Counted from the first letter of the whole stretch, positions 34,191-48,095 are shown. The stretch: 61,447 nt of DNA, filler included, from Sphacelaria rigidula (GCA_964200075.2; 8 parts of 8 records of this genome joined end to end with filler, not necessarily neighbours in it); one strand, 5' to 3'. Notes: generated by a model from the letters alone, not told the origin. Translations and numbers: made by a program.

Positions 34191-35737
34191 TTCACAGGAA
34201 AGGGTCACCACTTCACAAAAGAGGATCAACAGGAGAGCAAAAATAAGTAGATATACCTTTTTAGCCGAGGGCAGGGTGTACCCTCCCGGTTTGCTTACAA
34301 TAAAGGGTACTCTCACAGGCTCTCATTTTCGGCGCCGTAGTTCAGCCCAGGAACGCTTGTGAAAATGGAAAAACCTGGACGGGTATGCTGCCCAGGCACC
34401 TTGGGTATGGGGCTGAGGTGCTGGAACGTGTTTCTCGAGGTGTTCAGCCAGTAGTTTTGAACTTATGGCTAGACGCCTTGGAGGAGGCAGCCTCAGTCCA
34501 CCTTTACCCTGTATATTCTCACGAACAGAGGCTCAAGCTGTGGGTGCTAAGTTGCAAAACGCACACCAGGGTGCACTACATCAATAGATATCCAACAACA
34601 GCAGAAGCAGTTGAATCCAGGTGTTTCCGCGAACAAAATAGATTATATCCTTCTAATTCACAGTACGAAACACGGACCACAAACTCCCTGATAAGGACTC
34701 ACTTGGGGATCAGAGCAACGGCGGCAAGGCCGATGTTATCCTGGGCTCAAAATGACGTGAGCTCAGATGCGCTCGGGGCGCCAGTATGACTACCTCACGC
34801 AGGACGCATATCCGTTACTAATAGTGATACAAAAACCAAAGATCGGATATCCTCCATCCAACGAACGTTCCGGGAATACTATCCGTCGTGCACATGATCA
34901 GTCGATGTGCAAACATCAACCATACTGTATCACCCATCAACTATCCAGAACACATTGTATATCTGTATCTTCCAACAAGCTGACGAGCCACGGCAGCCGA
35001 CCACGAGTCATATCCAACGTTCATTACTCCGACATCTGATGTACACAGCGCCTCGGTGCCTTATCGACGCCAGTTCATTCAAATACCATATCAATAGCCC
35101 ACTCTTAAAGGTGAGCATGCAGAAGCTCGAAGAGCGTCGAAGGCTCACGTTTTACCACCATCTCCCACACCACAAAAAAAACGATGAAAATAATCAAGGG
35201 CACAGGAACTCCTGCAGCAAGGCAAATAACGGAGGTCCAGCTCCGGCGCAGGGTGCCTGTTGTTATGCGATCAGCCAGGCTGTGGTACACACAGGGAAGG
35301 CGCTCTGCCTGCCAACCACAAGCTACAAGACAAGTAAGTCACCCGGATGGTCAAATTCAACCCATCAACATAAAAAAAAAACTACACGCCGCCGATAATA
35401 TTTGCGCGTTAGGCGGATGGTCTCACGACCAGCACTCTGGAAGCCCACTCAAGCCGGAGTATTCGTCAGACAACGGGAACTGTTCTATCCTCAGTCGAAC
35501 GAACATCAAGGAGGAGCGCAACACTCGCGATAGGGTTTCACGTTAATCGGTTTCAGGGGGGCCGCCAAGGCATAACGTCTAAAAAGACATCACTTTCAAC
35601 ATAAACATAGCGCATGCAAAAACTCATACCGGTGGGAAGACCAACAAGAGAACTCGCGGTATATGATCTTGGAGCGGCAGCAGTGGTCGATTGAAGCTCC
35701 AGGATCGTGCAGCGATAATCGCTGCGCGGCGCGTACT

Positions 35738-35948
35738 GAGGAAGCCCGCGGGGAGTGGTCATCCGTTTTCGCACACGCCGACAAACAAAGACCACCGTTA
35801 TCATACCCAAAAACACGTGGCACTTTTCTGAGGAAGCCCATGGGGTATCGGTCATCCGTTGGCACAAATGTCGAGCACATAGCCGGTTATAAAAGGAACA
35901 CTTACTGAGGAAGCCCTTGGGATATCGGTCATCCGTTTTCGCAAATGT
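35738..35948. repeat. Three short degenerate direct repeats GAGGAAGCCC…GGTCATCCGTT
   Basis: Copies start at ~35738, 35830 and 35907. Confidence 0.75.
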
Positions 35949-36784
35949 TCGGTTGAAGAGAAGAGACAGGGTGTCTCGGGTCCGACAGGCCACTAAAACC
36001 GCCTGTGATAGTGGCTTCCGTGAGGTCGGAGAGGCGCAGGATCAAAAACAAGGAAAACCGAAACACTGAACGAGAGAAAAGGGTAGTCGAGACTCTCACA
36101 GCTAGCAAGGAGCAAATGCAAGGAGCATCTCAGCATAAAATGGACGACAGTGGAGGAAAAGACTACAATCGTAGTCGCTGTTCTCCAGAAACGTCAAGCC
36201 AAACGAGGACGGAAGAGTGAAGGTGCAAAAGATTCGCAACTCACAACTCAATATGATGGACACACACACGTCCTCAAGATATCACCAGGTCACCAATTGC
36301 AGGTGGGTTATGTAGAACCTCAATGAGGGCTCTTCACAAATACCATACGGCGGGCTATGACAGTGGGTCGAGCCAACTGTCGAAACGGAACAAAAAACAA
36401 ATACGCTCGTGCCAGTGCGTTTGTAGCACCTTGTCTGGGGACACATATGTGTTAAAAAAAGGACATCACAGTTCCAGAACTAGTTCAACCCGACCTACAA
36501 TATGCGGTGGCTCCAGAATGGCATGGAAACGCGCCCATGGCCAGGTACACACACATACACACACATATCCACATATGCGCCACGGATACACACGTATGCG
36601 CATACATACCTCCAAATACACATACAGGCATACACGCACATAGATATGCGCAAACACTCACACACATATACACGGGGCAATAAATAAACAACGGGGGGTT
36701 GCGGCCGTGGCATCGAAGCAGCTAGGCGACACAACGGGGAAAATAGGACAGCACGCATCAAGGCTTGCCTTCCCTCCATAAATT

Positions 36785-38329
36785 GTCGATATTCCGGAGG
36801 GTGGCGTCGTCTATGTAGCCGTCGTCATGACGCTGGAGACACCAGGACCCGCGGCGAGCGGCCGGTGCTAAATGCGCTTCAGGGGGCCGGGGTCATCGAG
36901 GAAGCGGATGTAGTAGGCGGTGTCGGAGTCAGGTGCTGGTAAGTGAATCTTGCCCAGCCACCAGAGAGAGCCCTGCGCCTTGTTCCAGAAGTACACGCCT
37001 TTCGGTAGACGTTTCCTGCGAAAAAAAGCAAGAATTGCGCACGCGAACCAAGGCTATAGCCAGTCATGACGAATCGGGCCGAATGCTCCCGGGCAAGCTC
37101 TCGTGCCGCCGCTCCTGTCCGCATAGACCTGTATCTTCGTTTCAACGGACGGTGTTGCGCAACATCGCCTACCCAGTACAACAGAACTTGTCTACGGAAA
37201 TGCCGCAAGTCGACATTCCGTTCCCACGTGATCCGCATCAATCCTTTTCAATGCGTCTGGCACGTCATTGCTAGTTTACCACCACGACCGCGGACCACTT
37301 GGTGTCCGCTGATATGATCGACTACCACGCGTTCCACAGGGGCTTGAGCGTCTTCAGCTGTGACATGAAAAATGGCGACTTGGTGGCATGCCTCGTCAAT
37401 ACGTACTGGCTGAGTCCTGACGACAGTTGTTTGGGCATATCAGTGGTGTCGTGCGGGGCGGTGCAGGGTTCATGGCGCCGGACAGACACGCGGTGTTTCT
37501 GTGGAGGCTCAGCTTCATCCGTGGGGAAATCAAGGTACAAAAGATTGTCCCCGATGGGTCGATCATCCGGTGCTGTAGCACTTGGCCCAACACTCAAACC
37601 GTTCCACGGCCCAGTCCAATTGAGGGACAGCTTGGCCTGCAACACCTTATACGGCGAATCCTTACTCGGGCTGGCTCTTTGGCGAATCATCTGTACATCG
37701 TTGTACATCCACGCCCATGCACCCGCCTTCCACACTGGGCGCTTGTGCATCACCGCACCCAACGTGGCATCGGCACTAACCGCTTTTGCCAAATTGATCT
37801 GGTTTTGCTCGCGCACCAAATCATACGCCAACGGTAGACAATAACTCAAAACGTCCTGATACTCCTTGATATCCCGGTTCAAACTCTGATGATCGCCCAC
37901 GGTACGGGGTTTGAGTATGGTCAACGGCACCCGCGGCATGCGACCAATATGAATTTCATTTAGTGCAAGGCCGGTGGCGCTGTGGACCGAGTTGTTGTAG
38001 TTCAGTGAGAATAAGGGCACACATAGATTCTAATATGTTTTGCCGTCCGTTTGTGACGGCTGACAGCATTTGCGCCATCGTACGGTTGACACGTTCCGTT
38101 CCACCGTTCGTTTGGGGGTGGCACGGGTTTACAAAGATGCGATAGAAACCCAGTGGTGTACTGACCGCAGCAGAAATTTGCCGGAAAAATGTTTTCATGA
38201 CAAAGTGACAACTGAGTCGACCAGCCATCAACAAAATGTACTTGTTGCTACTCTTCATGAGCGGCAACGGTCCAAATTAGTCCCAAGATATAACTTCATC
38301 GGGCCCATTGGGGAGCGGCATGGACATGG
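36785..38329 (-). mobile_element. Second, divergent decayed Ty3/Gypsy integrase region with chromodomain and Tudor-like domain
   Basis: HPQTNGGTERVNRTMAQMLS, YNNSVHSATG, KLSLNWTGPW, ISGHQVVRGRGGKLAMTCQTH*KGLMRITWERNVDL and LPKGVYFWNKAQGSLWWLGKI…YYIRFLDDPGP. Confidence 0.9.
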
Positions 38330-38468
38330 AACAGTGTTTTCGTGAGATTGAGAGTAGATGATACGATANNNNNNNNNNNNNNNNNNNNNNNNNNNNNNNN
38401 NNNNNNNNNNNNTTAATTAATTAANNNNNNNNNNNNNNNNNNNNNNNNNNNNNNNNNNNNNNNNNNNN

Positions 38469-39910
38469 ATATGTTTTCCTCGTATTTTTGTCCAGAGGCC
38501 GCTCTCGAAATCTCTGACCCAAGCGAATCGGAAAAGTGGGCTAGGCTCCCCTCGGTGGGGTGATACAAAGTGTCCAAGACGGGTGGTAGCGATTTTCCCT
38601 GTTTGGGGGTCAAAAACATTGTCAAATGTCTTAAAAGTGGAAAATACGAGCCAAAAAAAATACGAACCGGAAGAAACGGCCTAACTCCTTGAAACGGCGT
38701 GAGGTTTTTTGCTTTTGTGCGATAAACCTTGGCGTACCGTGGTGAAACCGCAAACTACTTGATTTTTGTACCAAAACGGCGATTTTGGACCTTCTCTGAC
38801 GTGAAGATGAAAATTCAAGCATCAGTTGATCGAGTTTTGCGACGGAATTCTATGGGACCCTTCCTTGGGTTATGCGGCGACAAATCGTGCCCGAAAAAAT
38901 AAAATATATATATATCGTAGTGCCGGTCTTCCGGGGTCCCAGAATGGAGACTACTTCGAAAAACGACTTGGATCCCGTCGGACCCCCCCAAAACGGTGAA
39001 AAATCACTAAGTAAAAAAACCTCGTCCACAGAAAGCTGCGTAATGACACATAGCATTTTTGTGCAATTTTTCAGGATCTAACTCCTAGTAACGGCGTGAA
39101 GGTTTACGCGCTTGTGGAGGACGTGGGCTTGAAACGTGCAAGTCCTAACTACTCGGTTTAAGTATGGAAACGTCTTTTTGGGTGAATTTGACGTCAAGGC
39201 AAGAAAAGCTGTATGAGGTTTTCGAGTTTCTCCACCAAACTTTGTACATGTGTCCCTTGGACTATCTTGGGACGCATCATTTTTTTTGTGGGGGGGGCAT
39301 TCTGTACCGCCTTCGAGAGGTTTTCATACTGGGATCTCCGGAAGCCGGTAGAGAACGGAGAAACCATGAAATATTGTCAAGAATACATTTTTTCCATCTG
39401 GAGCATCAATACCTATGGAACTGCCAAGTTTGAGAGCGATCTGGGCCTTTCTACAACAGATATAGGGGACACCGTCAAGAGGCTCCCTGGGTCTTTCGTG
39501 CGTATCATAAGTGGAAATTAGACGACGCCAACACCCGAGATCACCGACACATCACGGTTTCGGGTATAATTCGACCCCCGTCGCAACCGTTTTCAAATAT
39601 GTTTTTTTCGTTAGATTCGCGAGCCGATGACGGTTACAACGATTTGAAGCATGTGGAGATTGGGTGAAAATTGGTCTTGAAATTCGTAATTTCGATCTCG
39701 GAAAAATTTGACGGGCGCTGATTGGTCGATATACCTTTTCGCCCTTAGCGCTACCACTGTGGCCTTACACACAAATCCGGCTATGTCACGCTCTTCAGCT
39801 GCCCATGGTGGTCAGTATGATATCATGTATGCGACTATCGGGTAGGTAGTGCGAAAGGCATTTGCTGATGAGACAATTTTGGGTGATGAACGTGAACCAG
39901 CCTGTATGAT
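38469..39910. repeat. Dispersed repeat blocks shared with other contigs
   Basis: 38490-38615 resembles 47710-47835. ~38995-39910 is colinear with ~58490-59350 (e.g. aaaaaacct.cgtcca..gaaag.tg; tggtcttt.gtgcgtatcat.agtggaaatt; gatgagacaattt). Confidence 0.75.
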
Positions 39911-41369
39911 TCTCGAATGCTTGCGGGCGCCGCGGCGTACACACAGGGCAGCTCTCCGAAGTGCTGCGTTGCAGTCCGAATTTGCCGGACTTCTCCAAAA
40001 GTGAAGCTTCAGAGAAAAATGTAGCCGCTTCTTACGCGGAGCAGTCTGAACGCAGAGTCCGAAAACTCCGAAAATTTCTGAGATCTCCGACAAAAGCAGG
40101 TTCGATAATAATAGGCCTTTCACCATATTTCCTTGTTTGGAGTTTACGTTCTGCCGACCAGCATTTTCGTGTTTGAAATCTAGTACAAGACTGTACAGTC
40201 TGTTGGATACGGGCGGTGTACTTAAGCCAAGTCAGGTAGGCATTGACGTCCCTCTAGTTGTGACGTTGTGCAACTTTTGTCGCGTTGTTTAATTCACGAC
40301 ATCGGTGAAATACCGCCAAAGATTTCGCAATAGATTCATTGTGGTCGGTAAATCACACGCATATCGTCATTGATCGAACAGACTACGTAGCGCAGGAGAT
40401 GTCTGCATTTGATGCCAGCACAGCAGTATCCAGAAAGTAATTGCCGATTCGGAGATGTTTCGAAACATCGTGTCCCGTGCGCCCATGCAAATGCAGAGCT
40501 TCCTCGCTGTTTTTCCGCAAACAGTGCCGGGCCGCTCATAAAAAACAGCTATTATTTTAAGGGACGCTCAAAACGTTACTTGTGCAGTCGTCATGAGCGC
40601 TATTCTCTTATTTCACCTTTCCTTCTATTTGGCCGAGACATTTACATCAATCTCTTGTACTGGTCGCTTCTTATTCCCAGCCCAGCAATTTCTTTACGTT
40701 TTTTAGGCTCACCTCCCACAGATAGGGGGAACTCAAAGTGAAATAAAATATTTTCGCGCGAAGCGCGATTATGGCCGAGCGTTTATAAGCCATCACTCGG
40801 CTAAAATCGACAACCCGCCCGGGATCAGGGAAATAACTTATCGAATGGGACATGTCCTCTATCCCTGTGCTGCAGCACAAACACACTCATGCTCTGTCTT
40901 GTGTGCTGTAGCTGTCGCTGCATTGTGGCGTCTTCAGACCTTTGTGGAGACGGATTGATCTCCGCTATCTGATTGGTCGAAAAACCTTTCCACTCATAAT
41001 TCCTGTCCCTATCTGTGGGCCCGGTGCCGTTTTCCACGCCACTTATTCTTCATACAGAACGTACGAACTTTCCTTGCACGATATTGATCGGTCATCTGCC
41101 GCTCCATTTCTTACTATGTCTCATATTTTGAGCCCAATTTATTTCGGCATATTTCTTAGTTTTTCGAAACTCTTGAGCTCAATTTCTCGCGAAGATACTT
41201 CCTCTGCCCCATAAGTCTGATTTGATTGTCGTTTTGTTATTGAATTCTTGACTATTTTTTCATGAAAAAGCATGATTTCTCTTTTTTTATCTGGTGCTTG
41301 AACCATGCGACCCAACGGCCGAAAACAAAATAGTGGGCCCAAAAATGGCAGTATCTCGCCCCTTTTCAG

Positions 41370-41838
41370 CCGGAGCGTAAATGCCCGATTCTTCTTGTTG
41401 ATTTTCTTCAGCGCTGCAACCTTTGTTAGAGTGAGGAGCGACGGCCGCCCTTTCCTTTCCTTGCTGGAAAGGTCGATCTCCTGGCCAGCGTCGATCTTGC
41501 TCTTGACGTTTTTCGACAGCTTCGTCGGGTACTAGGGACTAACACCGTGCCGCTCGCAGATCGGGCCCATCGAGCCCTTGGGCACCCTTGACTTGCCCGG
41601 CGGAATAGCCAGCGCAACCTCCACCGCACTTGCGACGCGGTGGCCCAATGATAACTCGCCGCCCTTACGGCGGGGTGGAGGGGTGCTTGGGGGCACGTCC
41701 ATCGTTTGTGTTGTCTGTGGGCTAAGTTTGGGGTGGTAAACACGATTTCTCACTGAAATTCTCGGAAAAATTTCATGAAACTTCTCATCAAAAATCTCAA
41801 AAATGTGCCAGAAGGGGTGTATTTTGACATCATTTTAG
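41370..41838 (-). mobile_element. Tc1/mariner-type transposase N-terminal relic (HTH + GRP), pseudogenised
   Basis: From ATG 41702: …GELSLGHRVASAVEVALAIPPGKSRVPKGSMGPICERHGVSP*YPTKLSKNVKSKIDAGQEIDLSSKERKGRPSLL…NRAFTLR. A possible TA-flanked end lies at 41838-41840. No DDD/E domain was seen. Confidence 0.6.
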
Positions 41839-44800
41839 TATTGATAACTAAGCCTTTCTTTGTTTTTTTCATCAGCTTCTTTTGCGCTATATCTTTCTAA
41901 CGAACCCAACTATAGGATGATCGTCAACGTTGGAATACCCAAACGATTAAACGCCCATAATTTCCCAGACTTATGGGACAGACGACGTATTTCTAATGAG
42001 CGGGCCAGCAATGTATCCAGTGCGCCGGAACCGCAGGCGCACTATATCGAACAGCGACGACTCTCTTTGGGACCTTTTTTATCATTCTTCACAGAAAGTG
42101 GTTCAGCAGCCATAGATCAACAGCAGCACGCACGGAATTTGAAGTGACTGTGGATATACCAAGTGTCGTTTGCATTATCTTGACTGCATCATGACAAGCG
42201 AGTCCATCTGTTCTCGTTCAGTTCTTTCGACCTGGATTCAACCCGAAAAATGCACGAGTTAATTTCTTACTGACATGACCAAGGACTACGGGTTGGGCGT
42301 GTGTGCGTTGTTGCATCGCGGGTAGCAGAGCTCGTACGGCAACAAGGTTGTGCTGTGTGCACCCCAACTTCACGTTTCTGGCCGCACCAATTTGTCTCTG
42401 CGAAACCGCCGTGGCCCCGTGTGCGTCCCCATTTGCCTGCTTGTGTTCCATTTTTCAAAAACGACCAGGAGGGATGTCGACCACCAAAAGCAAGTTTAGT
42501 ACTCCGAAGTAATGAGGAATATCGGGTCTACCACTCTACGGCTCGCGATCACAGTATAGTTTTCTAGTCACTCGGCAGCTCGTCTATTTTTTAGATTGAA
42601 TACGCAAGCTTGAACCTGTACGTGCATGTGTCGATGTCCTCGACACGCGCCTCCTGTGGTACATTACCTAAATTTCAGCAGAATGTAGGATCTATGATCA
42701 CCTGTGTTCCGGTGCGCAGGGACAATATCGCAATTTCCAGAGCAATTTAGCGCGCGCCTGGAGGTGACAGCGCACTTGGTGGATAGGACGAAAGGCTACC
42801 CTCCGTGGTTACGTACCATGTACATTACGTACGATCGCCCAGCTGGGCGAGCGAAGGTTGTTGTTAACGATGGTGTTGACGCGGGGAAGACCTTCCTTCG
42901 GCTGTACCAGCAAAAAAAAGAGTACATGATCCGCGAAGGAGAATTTGCGGGTTGCAGAAGAAGCTATCTAGGTGAGTAGTGGCTAGGACTTTTCGGGCTT
43001 ACTGTGCCCCAGAAGATTTACCATCAGGTTTTCAGTTTCCTTCCAATTGGATGGATCCTAGGAGATCCGGGCCGCGCCCCAATTACACTGATCCTGCGTA
43101 AGATTGGGTAAGGTTAGGGACAACGCGAAAGGTTTGATTATACGAGGCGCGAGGACAACGTGTACATGTTTCGACGCCCACTTCGATGCGTGGAAGTTCA
43201 ATATAATACGTCTACCCAACGACAAAAGTACTTAAAACCCGTGACAGACCTGTATGCTGTACAAGCTTGCATGAATCGCCAGTCATTCCAGCTTCCATTA
43301 CTCTGAAAAGGTATCACGTTGTACCCGCCGTCACAATTTTCACTCCCGCTCACCCGTGCCTCAGGGGAGGCGATGCCGATACCACAGCTTCCCATCACTG
43401 CTACATTCGAGGTAGGTACGATGGGAATGCCACAAGTTTCGCAGTCCCGTCGACCATTAGATTGAACTTCGATCCCGTTGCGTATCCTGCCATATTACGT
43501 AGTGATTATGTGTTGGAAGGACGTGAAGGTCAACTGGTGGTCTAGTTCTGGCAGACGGACGCTGGATGATGTGTTCTTTGGTTGTCTGATGTCTTCTGTT
43601 GCTCGCACTCATCCCCCTGCCCCTGGTCTTTTCGATAGCAGGGCGTAGTGTTGCTGGAGGGCGCGTATTGCGAACACTGGCTGCAAGACGACTCCATGTC
43701 CAGAGTACACATCTACATTGATCGAGCTAGCCAAGGTACACGGCAAGCCGATCAACATACTACGCGCTGGTCTCTCCTAGGTAGCTAGCAAGTATCAAGA
43801 TGACAAAATATTATGAGACTCTGCGCCGCCACACAATCTCAATCGCGATAGCATCAAGATATAGTCAATTGAGGCAGGGCTGTCGCGATGAGTTGGGGTT
43901 GCAACGTACGTATCGGTGGGGAAACGAGGATCATACTGACCTGTGCTGCATGTGTGAGCTGACACGAACATGAACGGCCTGAGCACACAGACACCGCGAG
44001 GTAGCCTGCAATATCCGAAGTGGGTGCATGGAATTGGTGGTGTTTGTGATCTACTCGTGCATTGTCCAATGCTGTCCGGTGTGGTGTTCGAGGATGCTTG
44101 GCGTGGGACCAATCCAGTGGCTAATAGCAGGCTTACTTTCGATCGTTGTTCAGAAGGCAATCACTATACTAGGAGTACATTGGCAACTTCCCTTGCCCAA
44201 GAGACTCGCGGTGGCCAACAGCTGGCCTCTACATGATATAAATCATTGACCTGCGTCCATACGCCCATACAAATCTAAACTACCTATGATCATTAGGCTT
44301 AACGTCGATTGGTCAAAGGAGTCACGCATGACGACTATTTGGTCCGAAAAACCAAAAACACGTTTATGGTCACGTTGTTCTGTCATCCCTACCTCCGCTG
44401 CTTTTTCTCCGCGGACAGTTCCCAGGCGATTGACAGAAGAAGCAGCTGTTACTGGAGACGTTGATGTCCCTCTCGTTACATACGAGTTTCGAGACATCGT
44501 AGTTGGCCCCCCGGTGAGGGTACAAATAAAATATGACCACAGCCTTTGCATCTCCATTGCGGCAGCCTTCGGGATCGTCTCCGCATTTAGGCGTACAGAA
44601 TTTTGCGGGGCGTGGTAGGGATCGTTTTGGATATGTGTGCAGGGTGATGTACCGCACATGGTGCGTGGATGATGCTTTGAAGCACCATACTTGGTTGTAG
44701 ATTATTTCAACAAAAAATCATTTGATCGTCACCATGCGCTGCAGGTTCTGCAGTTGTTCGACCTTCCGGCGGAGTACGCGTCTCGAGAGGCGTGTGACTT

Positions 44801-46943
44801 GTCTGTGGGAGGTTTTTCATATCTCCATCTTTTCCACCACTACTTGCGGGTGTAGGATCGACCTCGCCTGGTCATGGCGATTCAGGTTCCAGCGATCGAA
44901 CGTCTAGTCATGGATCTGTTGCCGGATTGCGTGTTGGAATATCGTCTAACCACTGAAGGAGTGAACAGCGATGCTAACTCAGGGACATTAATCGGGTGTT
45001 GTACCGTGTCCTGTACACAACTGACAGCGCCGAACCGCTGTTAGAGCTCCTGCTTAAGGGCCGTGTTGCAGCAAACAATGGGAAACGTACCATTTCTGTC
45101 CGGTTCTCCCCATTTTGCATCCTTTTGGTGCCCGTTTCCAATATTCTTTTCAGGAAAGTTGCTCCACTACCTTTCCAAGGCCACGTAAGTTTCCATTTCC
45201 AATTCGGAACATAAATGTATCTGAGAATTAACATTGGTGCTTCTTCCATGCAGTTGAGCATACGCGCAGCCAGCATTCTGAACACACCATGCTGCTTTGC
45301 TCAAGATATGTATGGTTTGTTGTTCTCGAGGATATTCCTGAAATTGTTTTTCCACCGAAAATTATTGCCCGGATACAATTATTCAAGGCAAAAATACAGG
45401 TGAGCCATATTCTCTGCAACAACATCGGATGGACAATATTTGCAATATGCCTGACAAGTATGTTCCTGTTGTCTCAGATGGAATTCGAATGGTGCAACCC
45501 AGTAAATTACGCCCTCCCTACCGCGACACTCCCGCAATCTCACACGACGTGCCAAGGCTCGCTGAGGGCTCCAAGACGCGTTGTCATGGAGCAAATAAAT
45601 GGCAGAGAACCGGCCGAACACCTTGTAGGCAGGTCTTACACAAGAGGAAATGCACGTTACCATCGTGATCTTCCAACACGTGTACTTCCTCTGTCCCATA
45701 AGTTAGCCTGGTCATGAGGTATACATCATATCTTCGTGACGAAGGTGTTTACCATGCCCCAGGTCATTGATTTAGATTACATTATGAGATCCTCGCGAAC
45801 AAGAAAAAATCCGAGAAAAAAAGTGTCAACTGTCGGCAGCAAAACGTGGGATACAGGTTACAGCTCAGCATGCAGTGTCCGAAAAGGCGTATTCCTTTTC
45901 GATGGAAGAAGGAAGCCTAAAATACATGGAAATCTTTCGTTTTCGGCCGTTCTGTTTGAATTTCCGGCTTTCCCGGCTTATTTTTCGAGGGGGGGTGTAC
46001 TCATGATCATGCATGCCATAGTCATAAGACCATTGACCTCGCATCCCTACAAAGCCGGGACNNNNNNNNNNNNNNNNNNNNNNNNNNNNNNNNNNNNNNN
46101 NNNNNTTAATTAATTAANNNNNNNNNNNNNNNNNNNNNNNNNNNNNNNNNNNNNNNNNNNNCGTGCTCCGTCCCGGCATTGTAGGGATGCGAGGTCAATG
46201 GTTTTATGACTATGGCATCCATGATCATGAGTACATCCCCCCCCCTCCCCCCCCTTCCCCCCCCACCAGAAAAAAACCCCTGGGTGATGAGATTTCGTGT
46301 GCCCCGCAAGTCATCGCTGGACGTAGTGTCCACCACCATCTACGATAAGTATTGGCATGGTACGCAGGCGTTACCGACCAGAGCTCTGCACTGCTGTAGG
46401 GTTGGTCAACAAGTTGGAGATACGGACCATACGGTAGGAGCTGACCCTCCTATACCTTCGGTGGACTGACGTTCTATTGTCGAAGAACCGTCGTGCTGAG
46501 AGGACACCACTGTTTTTGTCCGGATCACAAAGCAGTGCCTTGCAGTAGAGTCAGTGCACCTAGGGCCCAAGCTCATGACAGTAGGGCGGCGCGTGCACTG
46601 CGCGAAGTGGACAGGGGGTTTTAGTGGATTCGATCCCCACGCTTGCCTTGAGCAAAGTTTCCGAACGCTCGAAGCGCCTACCCCACATGGCTGCCACGAG
46701 GCGGTCTAGCCGAGCCTCCGTGAAATCGGCACACGGATCCGCTTGCGGGGTAAGTGCTGGGTGAGGTTTCCACCTTTTTTTCAAGGAAAAAATGAAGTAG
46801 ATTTGGTGCGATACATACAGGCAGATTCGTTCTTGTACCGTATATGTAAAAGCAAAATGGATACGATACGAGCTGGGCCAGCCAACCCTTTTTCAGGTTT
46901 TCTTTTCGGGTTGGAGGCGATGCGCGGGTTAATTTCGAGGGTT

Positions 46944-47416
46944 AGGCCAACTCTAATGGGAGCGGTTCAAAATTCTTGTCGCAAACTGCCTTTTGAGCCC
47001 TTCTCCGTCGATTTACGCCCGAAAAAAGGACTAGGCCGATGTTGACGCCTTGGAATGGCTTGCTCTACTCGTTGAGACCATTTTAGGGCAAGTTTGCATT
47101 TCCCGCTGGGCGCACTTTTGTTTTTGGCCAAATGAGGCCACACACATATTTTCAGTAAAAAACGGTCAGATGATCAAATTTTCCCCTGTTTTTTTATCGC
47201 TTGACCGTTTTTTGTTGAAAATCCGTGTTCGGCAAAAAATGAAAGTGCGGCCAGCGGAAAATGCAAACTTGCACTGAGACGGCCTCAATGAGGAGAGCGA
47301 GTCATTCCAATGCGTCAACACCTTATCATCCCTCTTTTCAGGCGTAAAACGACGCAGAAGGGTCAAGAAGGCAGTTTAAACAGGAATTTTGAACGGATCC
47401 CATCAGAGTCGGTCTT
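46944..47416. repeat. ~470-bp imperfect palindrome
   Basis: gttcaaaattc…aaactgcc pairs with ggcagttt…aattttgaac; gcaagtttgcattt pairs with aaatgcaaacttgc; aaaaacggtca pairs with tgaccgttttt. Centre near 47180. Confidence 0.85.
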
Positions 47417-47420
47417 GGTA

Positions 47421-48095
47421 GGCCAGATGTTATGGCACACAGATTTTTGGCCCACAGATTGTTCACTTTTGGGACGTTTGACCCACTTTTTGACCCCCAA
47501 ACAGGGAAAATCGTCAACACACTTCTTCGACACTTTGCAGCGCCCCACAGAGAGGAGCCTAGCCCACTTTTCATATTCGCTTGGCTCCACGGTTTCGAGA
47601 GTGATCGCTGAACAATAATCCGTGTGCAATAAAATCTACGGCGATTTTCACAGATTATTGGGCAAACCGCCGCTTGTTGGCAAGCATAGATGATTGCACA
47701 CGAATTATTGTTCAGCAGCCAATCTCGAAACCTCGCAGCCAAGCGAAGCTGAGAAATAGTCTAGGCTCCTCTCTGTGGGTGATACAAAGTGTCCGAGACG
47801 TGTGTTGGCGATTTTCCCTGTTTGGGGGTCAATAATTGGGTCAAAGGCCCCACAAGTGAACAATCCGAGGCCGAAAATCTGTGTGCCGAAACATCCAGCC
47901 TTGGGGACATTTTGCATCACTCCACGGAGAGGAGCCTAGCCCACGTTTCAGAGTCGCTTGGCTCCAAGGTTTCGAAGGTGGCCCCTGAACAATAATCCGT
48001 GTGCAATAAAATNNNNNNNNNNGATCTCCACAGATTATTGGGCAAACTGCCGTATGTTGGCAAGCACAGATTATTGCACACGAATTATTGTTCAG
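47421..48095. repeat. Second ~480-bp palindrome plus partial direct repeat
   Basis: Arms ~47421-47637 and ~47689-47900 (tgacccccaaacagggaaaatcg / cgattttccctgtttgggggtca). 47920-48095 repeats ~47546-47715. Confidence 0.85.

Noticed and set aside
35738-35948. CRISPR-like repeat-spacer array
   Set aside because: Only three degenerate repeats at uneven spacing, with no cas genes and a eukaryotic context.
45988-46250. Inverted repeat spanning the linker at 46062-46161
   Set aside because: Both contigs simply end in the same high-copy repeat (third copy at 52604), and contig order follows length.
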